DNA of 26,836 nucleotides from a virus: UHGV virus genome UHGV-0045954; one strand, 5' to 3'. Shown piece by piece: positions 9,243 to 17,172 of this stretch (position 1 is its first letter; each line of letters starts with the position of its first letter). The notes under the pieces were generated by a model. It saw only the letters and a program-made list of their open reading frames with translations, ran no database searches and was not told where the DNA came from. The position numbers and the translations under genes were made by a program.

Positions 9243-9704
9243 CTATCTGCACTGCTCATTAATATACTTCTGGGTTCCTTCCAGTTGTTTTTGCATTGTG
9301 ATCAGCCTCTCTCTGAGGGTGAAATAATCCCGTTCAGCGGTGTCTGCCAGTCGGGGGCTGGTTGCATTATCCACGCCGGAGGCGGTGGTGGCTTCACGCA
9401 CTGACTGACAGACTGCTTTGATGTGCAACCGACGACGACCAGCGGCAACATCAGCGCGCAGAGTTTCATTTTCAGCTTTCGCATTGGCTAATTCTCTCGA
9501 GTACTTTGCATCGAGTGCAGCAACATCACGCTGACGCTGCTGCATGTCAGCGATAGTGGCGATCGCCTGCTTCAGCTCACTGACTTTTTTATCACGCTGT
9601 TCTTTGTAGGCGATGGCGTTATCACGGTAATGATTGACCGCCCACGACAGGCAGACGATGATGCAGATAACCAAAGCATAAATAATCGCGGCGACTCTGC
9701 TCAC
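9243..9704 (-). CDS. Rz: i-spanin Rz
   Basis: Lambda-Rz-like sequence ([29 protein letters not shown]...); homologous start is a GTG at 9704 overlapping the endolysin TGA stop. Confidence 0.8.
   Translation of the reverse strand: MSRVAAIIYALVICIIVCLSWAVNHYRDNAIAYKEQRDKKVSELKQAIATIADMQQRQRDVAALDAKYSRELANAKAENETLRADVAAGRRRLHIKAVCQSVREATTASGVDNATSPRLADTAERDYFTLRERLITMQKQLEGTQKYINEQCR
9302..9484 (-). CDS. Rz1: o-spanin Rz1 (embedded in Rz, +1 frame)
   Basis: 60-aa lipoprotein [24 protein letters not shown]... with proline-rich PPPPP region, matches lambda Rz1 architecture. Confidence 0.8.
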   Translation of the reverse strand: MRKLKMKLCALMLPLVVVGCTSKQSVSQCVKPPPPPAWIMQPAPDWQTPLNGIISPSERG

Positions 9705-10234
9705 TGCTCTATCCCCCAACAGGCTAATGCGCTTTCCTGGTCACGACGAATAACCTGTCCATAGCAGTTATTTGAACGTATGCGGCAATCGCGCCCACCA
9801 TCTTTTATCCACCAGCGAATCGCCTCGCATGCGCCCTTACGATCACCGGCATTCAGCCGCTTATAAAACGTCGACGGGAAACACTTACCGGGGCCAATGT
9901 TATAGGGACAGAATGACGCTATACCCGCTTTTTGTGGTTCGGTCAGTAGTACTTTAATATTGCGCTCCACCCATGCCAGCGCCTTATCACGCTCAATGGC
10001 GTTGACCTGGTCGCATTTTTCCTTCGACAGTTTCATACCGGGAAAAACGGGTTTTCCATCCACCATCGTGGCACCCCGACAGATGGTCCAGATGCCGGAC
10101 CCATCGCGGTATGCCGTTGTGTGGTTACCTTCTTTTTCATCCAGAAACTGGTCGAGAATATCAGGCGCGGGCGCACCGACGGCAATCAGTGCCAGAACGG
10201 CAGCCGACAGGCCGTATCTGATTTTTGCGTTCAT
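9701..10234 (-). CDS. SAR endolysin (T4-lysozyme-like, phage 21 R-type)
   Basis: 177 aa; N-terminal signal-anchor-release segment [16 protein letters not shown]; catalytic E-8aa-D-5aa-T ([16 protein letters not shown]). Confidence 0.8.
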   Translation of the reverse strand: MNAKIRYGLSAAVLALIAVGAPAPDILDQFLDEKEGNHTTAYRDGSGIWTICRGATMVDGKPVFPGMKLSKEKCDQVNAIERDKALAWVERNIKVLLTEPQKAGIASFCPYNIGPGKCFPSTFYKRLNAGDRKGACEAIRWWIKDGGRDCRIRSNNCYGQVIRRDQESALACWGIEQ

Positions 10235-10297
10235 GGATATTTATCAGGATTTATCGGTTTCTGCCCACGGACAGGTTTATCTGTTCCGGTCAGTGAC

Positions 10298-10648
10298 TTA
10301 AGGTTGTGATTCCGGAGGAGTCTTCAGAGAACCAGTAATTCTTCCCGGTAGCTTTCCTTTGTAGGTTATCCATACATTCTGCGCCTCTAAAATTACGGGG
10401 CGCTTTTCCGGCGACTGCTCATCCCCTTCACATAACCCGGCAGCAACATCCAGGAAGACCTGTCTGATACTCATTCTGGCTGCTGCCTCATAAAACTCCA
10501 GCGCGGCACCTTCAACACGGTCCAGCGAGATGTCCAGGTCAAAAATTTCACCGTCAAAGCGTTTTTTGTCCCGTAACGCTAAAGTTACCGTAACTTTATT
10601 CTCAAAATTGCGGATCCCTTTCACAATCAGTTCATAGTTTTGAGTCAT
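10298..10648 (-). CDS. YdfR-like (DUF1327) protein inserted between holin and endolysin
   Basis: 116-aa ORF with GGGGAGAG RBS; family and Qin-prophage essQ-ydfR-rrrQ parallel recalled from memory. Confidence 0.5.
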   Translation of the reverse strand: MTQNYELIVKGIRNFENKVTVTLALRDKKRFDGEIFDLDISLDRVEGAALEFYEAAARMSIRQVFLDVAAGLCEGDEQSPEKRPVILEAQNVWITYKGKLPGRITGSLKTPPESQP

Positions 10649-10652
10649 TGAA

Positions 10653-10868
10653 TTACTCTCCCCGTGCCGCCTTACGACGGTCCTCTCTGATTTTGAAATA
10701 CAGGTTAGTCAGATATGTCAGCAGCCCAAACAGCAGACTCCCCAGCACGCCTATTGCCGCCCACTGAGACGGGGAAACCCTGTCCAGCAACTGCAGGAAC
10801 CAGTAGCCCGTTCCCACCGCTGACGTGGTGTATGACACACCTGTTGTGATTTTTTCCATCTGGTCCAT
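10653..10868 (-). CDS. pinholin, phage 21 S-type, dual-start
   Basis: 71-aa product [71 protein letters not shown]; Met1-x-x-Met4 dual start (10868 and 10859) typical of antiholin/holin pairs. Confidence 0.8.
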   Translation of the reverse strand: MDQMEKITTGVSYTTSAVGTGYWFLQLLDRVSPSQWAAIGVLGSLLFGLLTYLTNLYFKIREDRRKAARGE

Positions 10869-11175
10869 ACCCCGTCTCCCGTTATCCGGAAGCTGACAAC
10901 AATAAAAAAGCCACCAGTTAACTACTGATGGCTCTGATAACTCATGCAAGCGTCTCAGACGATCCACTGACACTACCGGTGAGTTTAACGATACCTTCCA
11001 TTTGACTGGCTCACTTTTTATGATGATGCCGGTGTATTTATCTCCAGCACCAGACTTTCTATCTCAACGCCATACGTTGCATTTTTGGTAATATCCGTCA
11101 GCGTCAGTGCATTTAGTCCCACTGCCAGACCGTCTTTTATGGTCTGGAATGCCGGGCCAGTACGATGACGTAGTA

Positions 11176-11364
11176 TCACTCCGGCTCAGTTGCACCACTG
11201 ACCACCACATCACCTTCTGCTGCAATCGCCTGCATCAGGGTATAAGGGGTTATGGCCACCGGACTACCAAACGGCTGCCAGCCCTCTTTCAGTTTATGTG
11301 TCAGCTTTTCCGCAAGATCTGACGGCGGCGCCGCCCTGACAACATCATAGTGTTTAAATGCCAT
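11176..11364 (-). CDS. DUF1737-like small protein
   Basis: Start at ATG 11364 (MAFKHYDVVRAAPPSDLAEKL...) with GGTGGAAAG RBS; common small ORF upstream of holin in lambdoid prophages. Confidence 0.5.
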   Translation of the reverse strand: MAFKHYDVVRAAPPSDLAEKLTHKLKEGWQPFGSPVAITPYTLMQAIAAEGDVVVSGATEPE

Positions 11365-11624
11365 GGTTCTTTCCACCATCTGAAAAATAATTCTTTAAAA
11401 TACCAGACATGTAACACAGAAAAAACACAAAACCATACCTTAAATAGAAACCTGATCATCAAGCAGATATGCATGGATAAACTACAAGACGAGATATAAA
11501 CCACCCTGCATTTAAATAAACAATAAACAACATCAGAAAAATAATTCTGCTCTATGGTTTATATTCAAAAATATCATTTATACTTTTCAGAACATCACCA
11601 GCAAGGCATAAACAAGGAAGCTAA

Positions 11625-11960
11625 ATGAAGTGGATTGTAATTGATACAGTTATCCAGCCATCATGCGGAATATCTTTTTCAGTCATATGGAGTAAAGTAA
11701 AATTAATAATCTGGTATCAATCGGATGCTTTCTTACCTCCTGAAAGTATATTTACACTGACTCACACAGGTATCATGCTCAATAACAAAGTGCTACCTGT
11801 AACCATTTACAACGTAGTACCATTCAATAAAACATTCTGGAATTTAATCAAAAACAGCCAGGAATGCCCTACAAATACAGATAACGTATTGAATGAATGC
11901 TTTAATAACCGTTGCATTCTGCAAATATGTCCTTATGGACTAAAACAACAAAGTCCATAA
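11625..11960 (+). CDS. hypothetical Cys-containing protein, AT-rich moron
   Basis: 111-aa ORF with AAGGAAG RBS; markedly AT-rich relative to flanks; convergent with late genes; no family recognised. Confidence 0.4.
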   Translation: MKWIVIDTVIQPSCGISFSVIWSKVKLIIWYQSDAFLPPESIFTLTHTGIMLNNKVLPVTIYNVVPFNKTFWNLIKNSQECPTNTDNVLNECFNNRCILQICPYGLKQQSP

Positions 11961-11996
11961 GGAGTTTACTCACATCTGACAAAATCAATATAAACA

Positions 11997-12206
11997 GCCC
12001 CTCCGGAGAGGGGCTGGAGAGTGGCGCTATGTGCCATTGCATGGTGCCGGGTGCCTCCCGGTGAATTCAGTACCAGCACCTGAATCCGCGATTATCCCAT
12101 ATACCTACTCGCTGATTACCCCTCCGCACAGGGGGATTCACCATGCGAAATTTTTTAACAAACTTCCCGCCGGCCAGACAATAATCGCCAGCCTGAATTA
12201 TGAGCA
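11997..12206 (-). repeat. copy A of a ~210-bp diverged tandem element ending in an intrinsic terminator
   Basis: Terminator hairpin GCCCCTC-CGGA-GAGGGGC at 11997..12014 followed on minus strand by T-rich tract; shared blocks with copy B (GGGGGATTCACCATGCGA, TTTTTAACAAA, GCCAGACAAT). Confidence 0.6.
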
Positions 12207-12459
12207 ACGTGGCATTTTACGGGAAAACTGTTTTCTGCAGTAAAAAGGCCCGCCGGAGCGAGCCTGGAAGGATAGCGGTCATGTGATGCCGGTTTCCCGG
12301 TAACTCAGCATCGGTATCTGAGTCAACGTTTTCTCTACTGGGTCATTTCCGATACGTTCCGCCTTCCGGCAGACTTTCATCACGTCAGAAAATATAGCAC
12401 CCTGAGTAACAGGACAGTACTCAGAATTCAGGAAACTGTGACACATCCTGCACAGAAAA

Positions 12460-12674
12460 GCCCCTCCGGAGAGGGGCTGAAGTATAGCCTAATTTCTGTC
12501 TGTCGCATGGTGCCAGGGGCCTCCCGGTAAATTCAGCCTGTCTACTGAATTTGCATGTTCTCTGGATCATACACTTTGCCAGATGCCCCGCCGCTGAGGG
12601 GGATTCACCATGCGATGTAATTTTTAACAAATTCTCCGGCAGCCAGACAATCATCAAGCTGTGGAATTGTGAGG
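12460..12674 (-). repeat. copy B of the same element with identical terminator hairpin
   Basis: Identical hairpin at 12460..12477 followed on minus strand by TTTTCTGTG; roughly 75-80 percent identity to copy A by eye over conserved blocks, divergent centre. Confidence 0.6.
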
Positions 12675-12844
12675 TATTTAAAAATTTCAACGGGTAACTG
12701 ATACCCTGCTAATCGCCTGATGCTTTCTTTTTCAGCAACGGGAAAGCAACAACCACACACCCGCCACCAAAACACCATCAGACAGCACCGACATTATCCG
12801 GCTGCTGAAGTCCACCATCACCACCAGAAACAACAGGAGTGCAA

Positions 12845-12893
12845 CCACAGCTGCTTAGAAGGCAATTGCTCTGCCCGGCTGAGCTAACAACGC
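12845..12893 (-). pseudogene. tRNA-Arg(UCU)-like 5' fragment (argN/argO-type remnant)
   Basis: Minus-strand GCGTTGTTAGCTCAGCCGGGCAGAGCAATTGCCTTCTAAGCAGC has acceptor/D-arm and anticodon loop CUUCUAA, but no T-arm or matching 3' acceptor follows. Confidence 0.35.
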
Positions 12894-12993
12894 TGAATAC
12901 CGATAATGGACCGCCATCGGGGACCCGCCCCCGCACCAACAACCCTGTTATCGTGTCGTCTGCTCTTCCTGATAAGCTAATGGCGGTTTGTGA

Positions 12994-13069
12994 TGGTGGC
13001 CCTTGCTGGATTTGAACCAGCGACCTGGCGATTATGAGTCGCTCGCTCTCACCACTGAGCTAAAGGGCC
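12994..13069 (-). tRNA. tRNA with CAU anticodon, tRNA-Ile2 (ileX/ileZ-like); tRNA-Met not excluded
   Basis: 76-nt cloverleaf folded by hand: 7-bp acceptor GGCCCTT/AAGGGCC, D-arm GCTC/GAGC, anticodon loop CUCAUAA, T-arm GCTGG-TTCAAAT-CCAGC, encoded CCA; close to E. coli ileX by recollection. Confidence 0.8.
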
Positions 13070-13106
13070 GGGAGTAGAATAATAACGGTCCGTAATTAAT
13101 TCCGCA

Positions 13107-13134
13107 ATAAAAAACCCGCTCGGCGGCGGGGTGT
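13107..13134 (-). terminator. intrinsic terminator of the short late leader RNA (tR'-like)
   Basis: On minus strand CCCGCCGCCGAGCGGG hairpin followed by TTTTTTATT, about 45 nt downstream of the predicted late-promoter start. Confidence 0.55.
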
Positions 13135-13179
13135 AGAAACTCTTCTAACGTCAGGCATAAAAAGCCCATTATTATGACG

Positions 13180-13207
13180 AATTTACCACAGATTCCGGAA
13201 AAATCAA
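13180..13207 (-). promoter_or_regulatory. late promoter pR'-like just downstream of Q
   Basis: -35 TTGATT (13207..13202), 16-nt spacer, extended -10 TGgTAAATT (13185..13180); TAAATT is also the lambda pR' -10. Confidence 0.5.
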
Positions 13208-13212
13208 CCTTG

Positions 13213-14034
13213 TTACCTAGTTACCTTTTTTAACTGCCGCTCAGCCCATGCTTCTTCAATATCAAACCGGGTCACCAGCGCATCATAGAATTTCTTAACT
13301 GTTTTTTCCCATGACGCGCGTGTTATCTGGTTTGTCACCTCGCATATAGCATTAAATGTCTCCGTTGATGGTAGTCTTTCATAGCCACGACCACCACAAC
13401 GCTGGCAGTCTCTGATAACAGGCATACCACGTTTTACCGACTCTTCACGATGAATGGCGACACCACGCCCACGGCAATCCTTACAGGCGGTGGAAACCTC
13501 ACCCTTTCCGCCACACTCCGGACAGGCAACTTTTACCACCTCCCTGACTTTTTTCCATTCTTCCCAGTAAGACGAATACACACCTTTCGTACACTTTGCC
13601 CATACCGGCGGCTTACCATCCGGATACTGGACCTTGTTTGTAAAAACTACGCTTTCAATAAATTTTTCCCCATAGCAACAAGGGCACTGCTTTTTACTCG
13701 CTGCGCTGCGGGCATAATCCTCAAAAGCGTACGAAGCCATAATGCGCATCACTAACGGTTTTATTTCTGCCGGAAGTTTTCTCAACGCCGCAACACGATC
13801 GCACCGACTGAGTGCATAATCTGCCAGTAATTCTGTTGCCCGCGCCCTGTCATTCATACTGATGCCCATTTTCCCCAGGAACGCAGAAAACCCCATCTCA
13901 GCCCGATTCTGTGTCATGCCCTGCGCGGCCATCACATCAGTGATACTCAGCGCATCTTTTGACGTTGAGGCCGATGCATCGGTCAGGCCAGGGGATTTTG
14001 GGGAGTAGTATTTCGGTAAATCTTCCAGTTTCAT
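13213..14034 (-). CDS. late-gene antiterminator Q
   Basis: 273-aa ORF with multiple CxxC zinc-finger motifs (CPCC, CPECGG, CKDCRG, CQRCGG); ATGA overlap with rusA; sits upstream of pR' and lysis genes. Confidence 0.75.
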   Translation of the reverse strand: MKLEDLPKYYSPKSPGLTDASASTSKDALSITDVMAAQGMTQNRAEMGFSAFLGKMGISMNDRARATELLADYALSRCDRVAALRKLPAEIKPLVMRIMASYAFEDYARSAASKKQCPCCYGEKFIESVVFTNKVQYPDGKPPVWAKCTKGVYSSYWEEWKKVREVVKVACPECGGKGEVSTACKDCRGRGVAIHREESVKRGMPVIRDCQRCGGRGYERLPSTETFNAICEVTNQITRASWEKTVKKFYDALVTRFDIEEAWAERQLKKVTR

Positions 14035-14411
14035 TTTTTGACCTGCTCTTCATGCATTATGGGGTAAATCTTCACCCCCAGACGTCCACCAGATACTGGC
14101 TGACCACGAACGATATTGATTTCATCAAACTGCTCATCGTCCATTAACACTCCCGCATGCGTCAGCGCATCCAGCGGTGCTTTCAGGATATTGTCCAGGT
14201 CGCGACGACGCTTATCCGGTGGCTCTGCAATCACCTTTATCGCCAGCCTTCCGGACAGGTTTAATTTCAGCCGCTGCTGGCGAACAATTAGCGCCACATC
14301 ACGGCGATAACGCTTTCCGGCCTCCGAGATGAAATACGTATTGCCATGACGTCGCCAGTAGGTATTCACCGTCGGCGGGTAAGGCAAAACAAATTCTATG
14401 CGTTCAGTCAT
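14031..14411 (-). CDS. rusA: RusA Holliday-junction resolvase
   Basis: 126-aa product MTERIEFVLPYPPTVNTYWRR... typical RusA N-terminus and acidic catalytic residues; classic nin-region position before Q. Confidence 0.85.
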   Translation of the reverse strand: MTERIEFVLPYPPTVNTYWRRHGNTYFISEAGKRYRRDVALIVRQQRLKLNLSGRLAIKVIAEPPDKRRRDLDNILKAPLDALTHAGVLMDDEQFDEINIVRGQPVSGGRLGVKIYPIMHEEQVKK

Positions 14412-15470
14412 TCATGCTTTCCACTTCAGGACACCCGAATTTCTCGCGTGCATTAAAAAACGAATCAGCAACAACAGCTGGCTGCCGTGTTTTTCTTCAA
14501 AATCTTTTACCCCGGCGTGCAGTTCGTTATGACATTTACGGCACAGCGGAATAACAAACAAATCATCAGCCTTTGTTCCCATACCTCCCAGGCCATGACC
14601 AATGATGTGATGCGGATCATCTGCCTGATTACCGCACGTCATGCATTTCTGCGTTTTTACCCAGCGCGTGTATACAGGCATCTCTTCCCGTTGTGGTTTC
14701 TGGCGCTGGAGATACTGAACCGGAGACTCCGGATCAACGGCGATGCTTACTAACGTCTTTTCCTGGAGTGGGGGCTGTTGCTGGTGGACGTGAAGTGGCA
14801 GCGCAATATTTTTTGTGCGCTGCTTCAGTATGCTGGTGGCAGTCTGTTCTCCCGGTACGATGTCACTCTCACGGTATACGGAGCGGATTTTTTCCACCGG
14901 TAATCCCAGTGAACGACACAATACAGACTCCGGAAGCGCATCAGCCACCTGATTGCAGACCGCCCACCAGGATAATTCGGCCAGCGATAACTCCCTCTCC
15001 TGCGTACCGCTGATTGCGTGACGGATGACGTCAATCATCCATGCTGACAAGTTTTGATGAGCAAGTTGCCCGAGTGATTCTGATGTCTGGTCCCGCAACT
15101 GGTTGTCACAGTGCCAGCACAACACCATCGCGCCGGTACCGTAACGGTGAATGACGGTTTCACTGTGATGATAGTCACCATGAGGCCACTGGCAGGATTT
15201 GACATGACGCAACAGCCAGTCAGACAGTGCCCCAGCGCCGCCAGCAGCACGAATCACCCGATCATCGCTGAAAAATGGCAGTAATGATTTATCCTCCGCC
15301 AGCGGCTGGCGAACGGCAGGGACGACTCCGGACGGCAGACCGCGCATGCTTTTCGGTTCAGGCTCCACCAGCACTCGAGGGTTATGAAATACTTGCATGG
15401 ATTCACGGCCCGGCCTAAGGACCACCAGCCCGAGTTCCGGTACCAGAACAGGTCGAAGTAATATCCGCAC
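14412..15470 (-). CDS. DUF968-like protein with C-terminal HNH-like zinc finger
   Basis: 352-aa ORF; C-terminus CMTCGNQADDPHHIIGHGLGGMGTKADDLFVIPLCRKCHNELH; family recalled, common in enterobacterial prophage nin regions. Confidence 0.55.
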   Translation of the reverse strand: MRILLRPVLVPELGLVVLRPGRESMQVFHNPRVLVEPEPKSMRGLPSGVVPAVRQPLAEDKSLLPFFSDDRVIRAAGGAGALSDWLLRHVKSCQWPHGDYHHSETVIHRYGTGAMVLCWHCDNQLRDQTSESLGQLAHQNLSAWMIDVIRHAISGTQERELSLAELSWWAVCNQVADALPESVLCRSLGLPVEKIRSVYRESDIVPGEQTATSILKQRTKNIALPLHVHQQQPPLQEKTLVSIAVDPESPVQYLQRQKPQREEMPVYTRWVKTQKCMTCGNQADDPHHIIGHGLGGMGTKADDLFVIPLCRKCHNELHAGVKDFEEKHGSQLLLLIRFLMHARNSGVLKWKA

Positions 15471-15471
15471 G

Positions 15472-15750
15472 TTACCTCCAGATCCGTTGCTGGTATGTGC
15501 GGGATGAACGCGGTGGGCGTTCGGAGTAAGGGAGTCTGACTGAGATTATCCAGTGACGGTAGTCGAGGCTAAGAGCTTTCTTAACCTCGTATCCGCGCCT
15601 GCGGTAACACTGAATTATCCATTCCGCCTGCTCTTCAGTGCATGGAGGATGCTGGAACCAGTCTGATTTGAATGCGTGAAAACGCCGTCCGCACCTACTG
15701 GCAAAGACGGCAGAATCATTAGAATTGTGTAATTTGGTATCGTGCGCCAT
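15472..15750 (-). CDS. hypothetical protein (92 aa)
   Basis: Start moved to ATG 15750 (MAHDTKLHNS...) because the longer ORF would run through the hok terminator hairpin. Confidence 0.4.
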   Translation of the reverse strand: MAHDTKLHNSNDSAVFASRCGRRFHAFKSDWFQHPPCTEEQAEWIIQCYRRRGYEVKKALSLDYRHWIISVRLPYSERPPRSSRTYQQRIWR

Positions 15751-15824
15751 CGGTTGTCTCTGCTGGCGCAGCAGGTGCCAGTTGTTCAGGCTGGCGTGCG
15801 AATTGTAAACCAGAATGCCAGGAA

Positions 15825-15850
15825 AAAACAAAACCCGCCGAAGCGGGTTA
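15825..15850 (-). terminator. intrinsic terminator at 3' end of hok mRNA
   Basis: On minus strand AACCCGC-TTCG-GCGGGTT perfect hairpin followed by TTTGTTTTTTT. Confidence 0.7.
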
Positions 15851-15917
15851 CGTGCGGGTGCGTTGAGGATGCCTGACACATCAGAGGTGGCGAGGGATTT
15901 CTCCCCCGCCAGGTCTC

Positions 15918-16073
15918 TTACTCCTCAGGTTCGTAAGCTGTGAAGACAGCGACCTCCGTCTGGCCGGTTCGGATTCGTACCTCGCAGAGGTCTTTCCTCG
16001 TTACCAGTGCCGTCACAATGACGGTTAAACAGATGACGATCAGGGCGATTAACATCGCCTTTTGCTGCTTCAT
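15918..16073 (-). CDS. hok: Hok/Gef-family type I toxin
   Basis: 51-aa product MKQQKAMLIALIVICLTVIVTALVTRKDLCEVRIRTGQTEVAVFTAYEPEE, matches HokD/RelF as recalled; in-frame upstream ATG at 16130 gives a 70-aa extension. Confidence 0.85.
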   Translation of the reverse strand: MKQQKAMLIALIVICLTVIVTALVTRKDLCEVRIRTGQTEVAVFTAYEPEE

Positions 16074-16332
16074 AGCCTGCTTCTCCTTGCCTTTCGGCAC
16101 GTAAGAGGCTAACCTAGATTTGCCGTTCATAGATTGAGCCTCAGATTAATGTTAAGCGTCTTGCAGGACGCGTAATGTTAACTGGGGCTTTTCTCTATCT
16201 GCCTTTTGGTGTTCATGCCTGAGACAGATAGCCTCAAGCACCCGCAGTCATTCTACTTAACTAAGATTTCCCCGCAAACCGTTTTTGTCCGGCACAGTAA
16301 ATATCCAACTAAACCAATGGCGTTCGCTGTAT

Positions 16333-16512
16333 TTACCGCCAGTATTCAATGCACATGACCGCCATGAACACCCCTAAAAAAAGGGCATTTATATATCCAA
16401 ATATTAATATCAAAACATCAACTTTTTCCATATACCTTGCTGTGAAGATGATGGGCATACATGATACGAACAACCAGAACGCAACAAACAAAAACTGCAA
16501 TGCGTTTTTCAT
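16333..16512 (-). CDS. small two-helix membrane protein (59 aa), AT-rich moron
   Basis: ATG at 16512 with GGAGG SD at 5-nt spacing; product MKNALQFLFVAFWLFVSCMPIIFTARYMEKVDVLILIFGYINALFLGVFMAVMCIEYWR; AT-rich upstream region. Confidence 0.5.
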   Translation of the reverse strand: MKNALQFLFVAFWLFVSCMPIIFTARYMEKVDVLILIFGYINALFLGVFMAVMCIEYWR

Positions 16513-16741
16513 TATTCCTCCTACAATCAATGTGCAATTACATTTAAACACACCTCAATTTGGCCGAACATATAAATATCTAAACCAGAAAAAATCACTT
16601 ACATAGCGTTACAAACTCTTTAGTCTAAATATTCATCGTAAAACATTCCCCATACTTATCAGCCCGTTCTGCGCCAGGTAGCTCATTGCCTTATCTGGGA
16701 ATCTGTAATCAGGTTTCCGGATGCTGGTGGATTTTCGCGTT

Positions 16742-16999
16742 TTAGTTGTTCATAAAAGTGCACAGCTTTAACCAGTTCTTCTGATGTAACCGGGACTGGC
16801 GGGGCAGTGAATAAGGCCTGAATTTCATAGTTCGGCCTGTCGTTACAATCCTCTTTTTTCGGTACATATTTCCAGTCACCAGACCACTACTTCTCCTGAA
16901 AGTCCGTAACGCCTTTTTTTTCACGTAGCGATATCGCCATGCCACTGTTTTTGCTTGCCCCGCCGTTTCATGCCCTTCCTGATAATTAACCTCGCTCAT
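16742..16999 (-). CDS. hypothetical basic protein, uncertain (contains A8 tract)
   Basis: 85-aa ORF whose ATG overlaps the stop of the upstream acidic ORF (ATGA); low-complexity basic sequence and a homopolymer at 16913..16920 make the frame uncertain. Confidence 0.25.
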   Translation of the reverse strand: MSEVNYQEGHETAGQAKTVAWRYRYVKKKALRTFRRSSGLVTGNMYRKKRIVTTGRTMKFRPYSLPRQSRLHQKNWLKLCTFMNN

Positions 17000-17172
17000 T
17001 CATCGCCCCACTCATCACAATATGCTTCGACCGGAGTTTTTCCTGCTTCATAATCATCACGCCATGCTTCAGCATCAGCAGCACTGCCACCACGTAACTC
17101 TGCATAGTCCATTAACAGTTCATGCCATTCTTCAAAACTGACGTTGTATTTAGTTGAACCAAAATCAGCCAT
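16996..17172 (-). CDS. small acidic protein (58 aa)
   Basis: ATG 17172 with GAGGAAG RBS; product MADFGSTKYNVSFEEWHELLMDYAELRGGSAADAEAWRDDYEAGKTPVEAYCDEWGDE. Confidence 0.45.
   Translation of the reverse strand: MADFGSTKYNVSFEEWHELLMDYAELRGGSAADAEAWRDDYEAGKTPVEAYCDEWGDE

Noticed and set aside
12031-12243. 70-aa plus-strand ORF in repeat copy A
   Set aside because: The equivalent frame in copy B hits a stop after 7 codons (ATG GTG CCA GGG GCC TCC CGG TAA), so no conserved coding potential.
12421-12690. 89-aa minus-strand ORF covering repeat copy B
   Set aside because: Reads straight through the terminator hairpin, and the frame is not conserved in copy A, so the repeat is more likely noncoding.
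12701-12990. Possible additional intact tRNA genes (argN/argO) downstream of the CAU tRNA
   Set aside because: Only a 5' half of a tRNA-Arg-like sequence could be folded by hand (no T-arm or 3' acceptor strand), so it is called a remnant rather than a gene.
15918-16130. 70-aa N-terminally extended form of Hok
   Set aside because: Known Hok/Gef toxins are ~50 aa and the internal ATG at 16073 gives the canonical MKQQKAML start; the extension is kept only as an open question in the findings.
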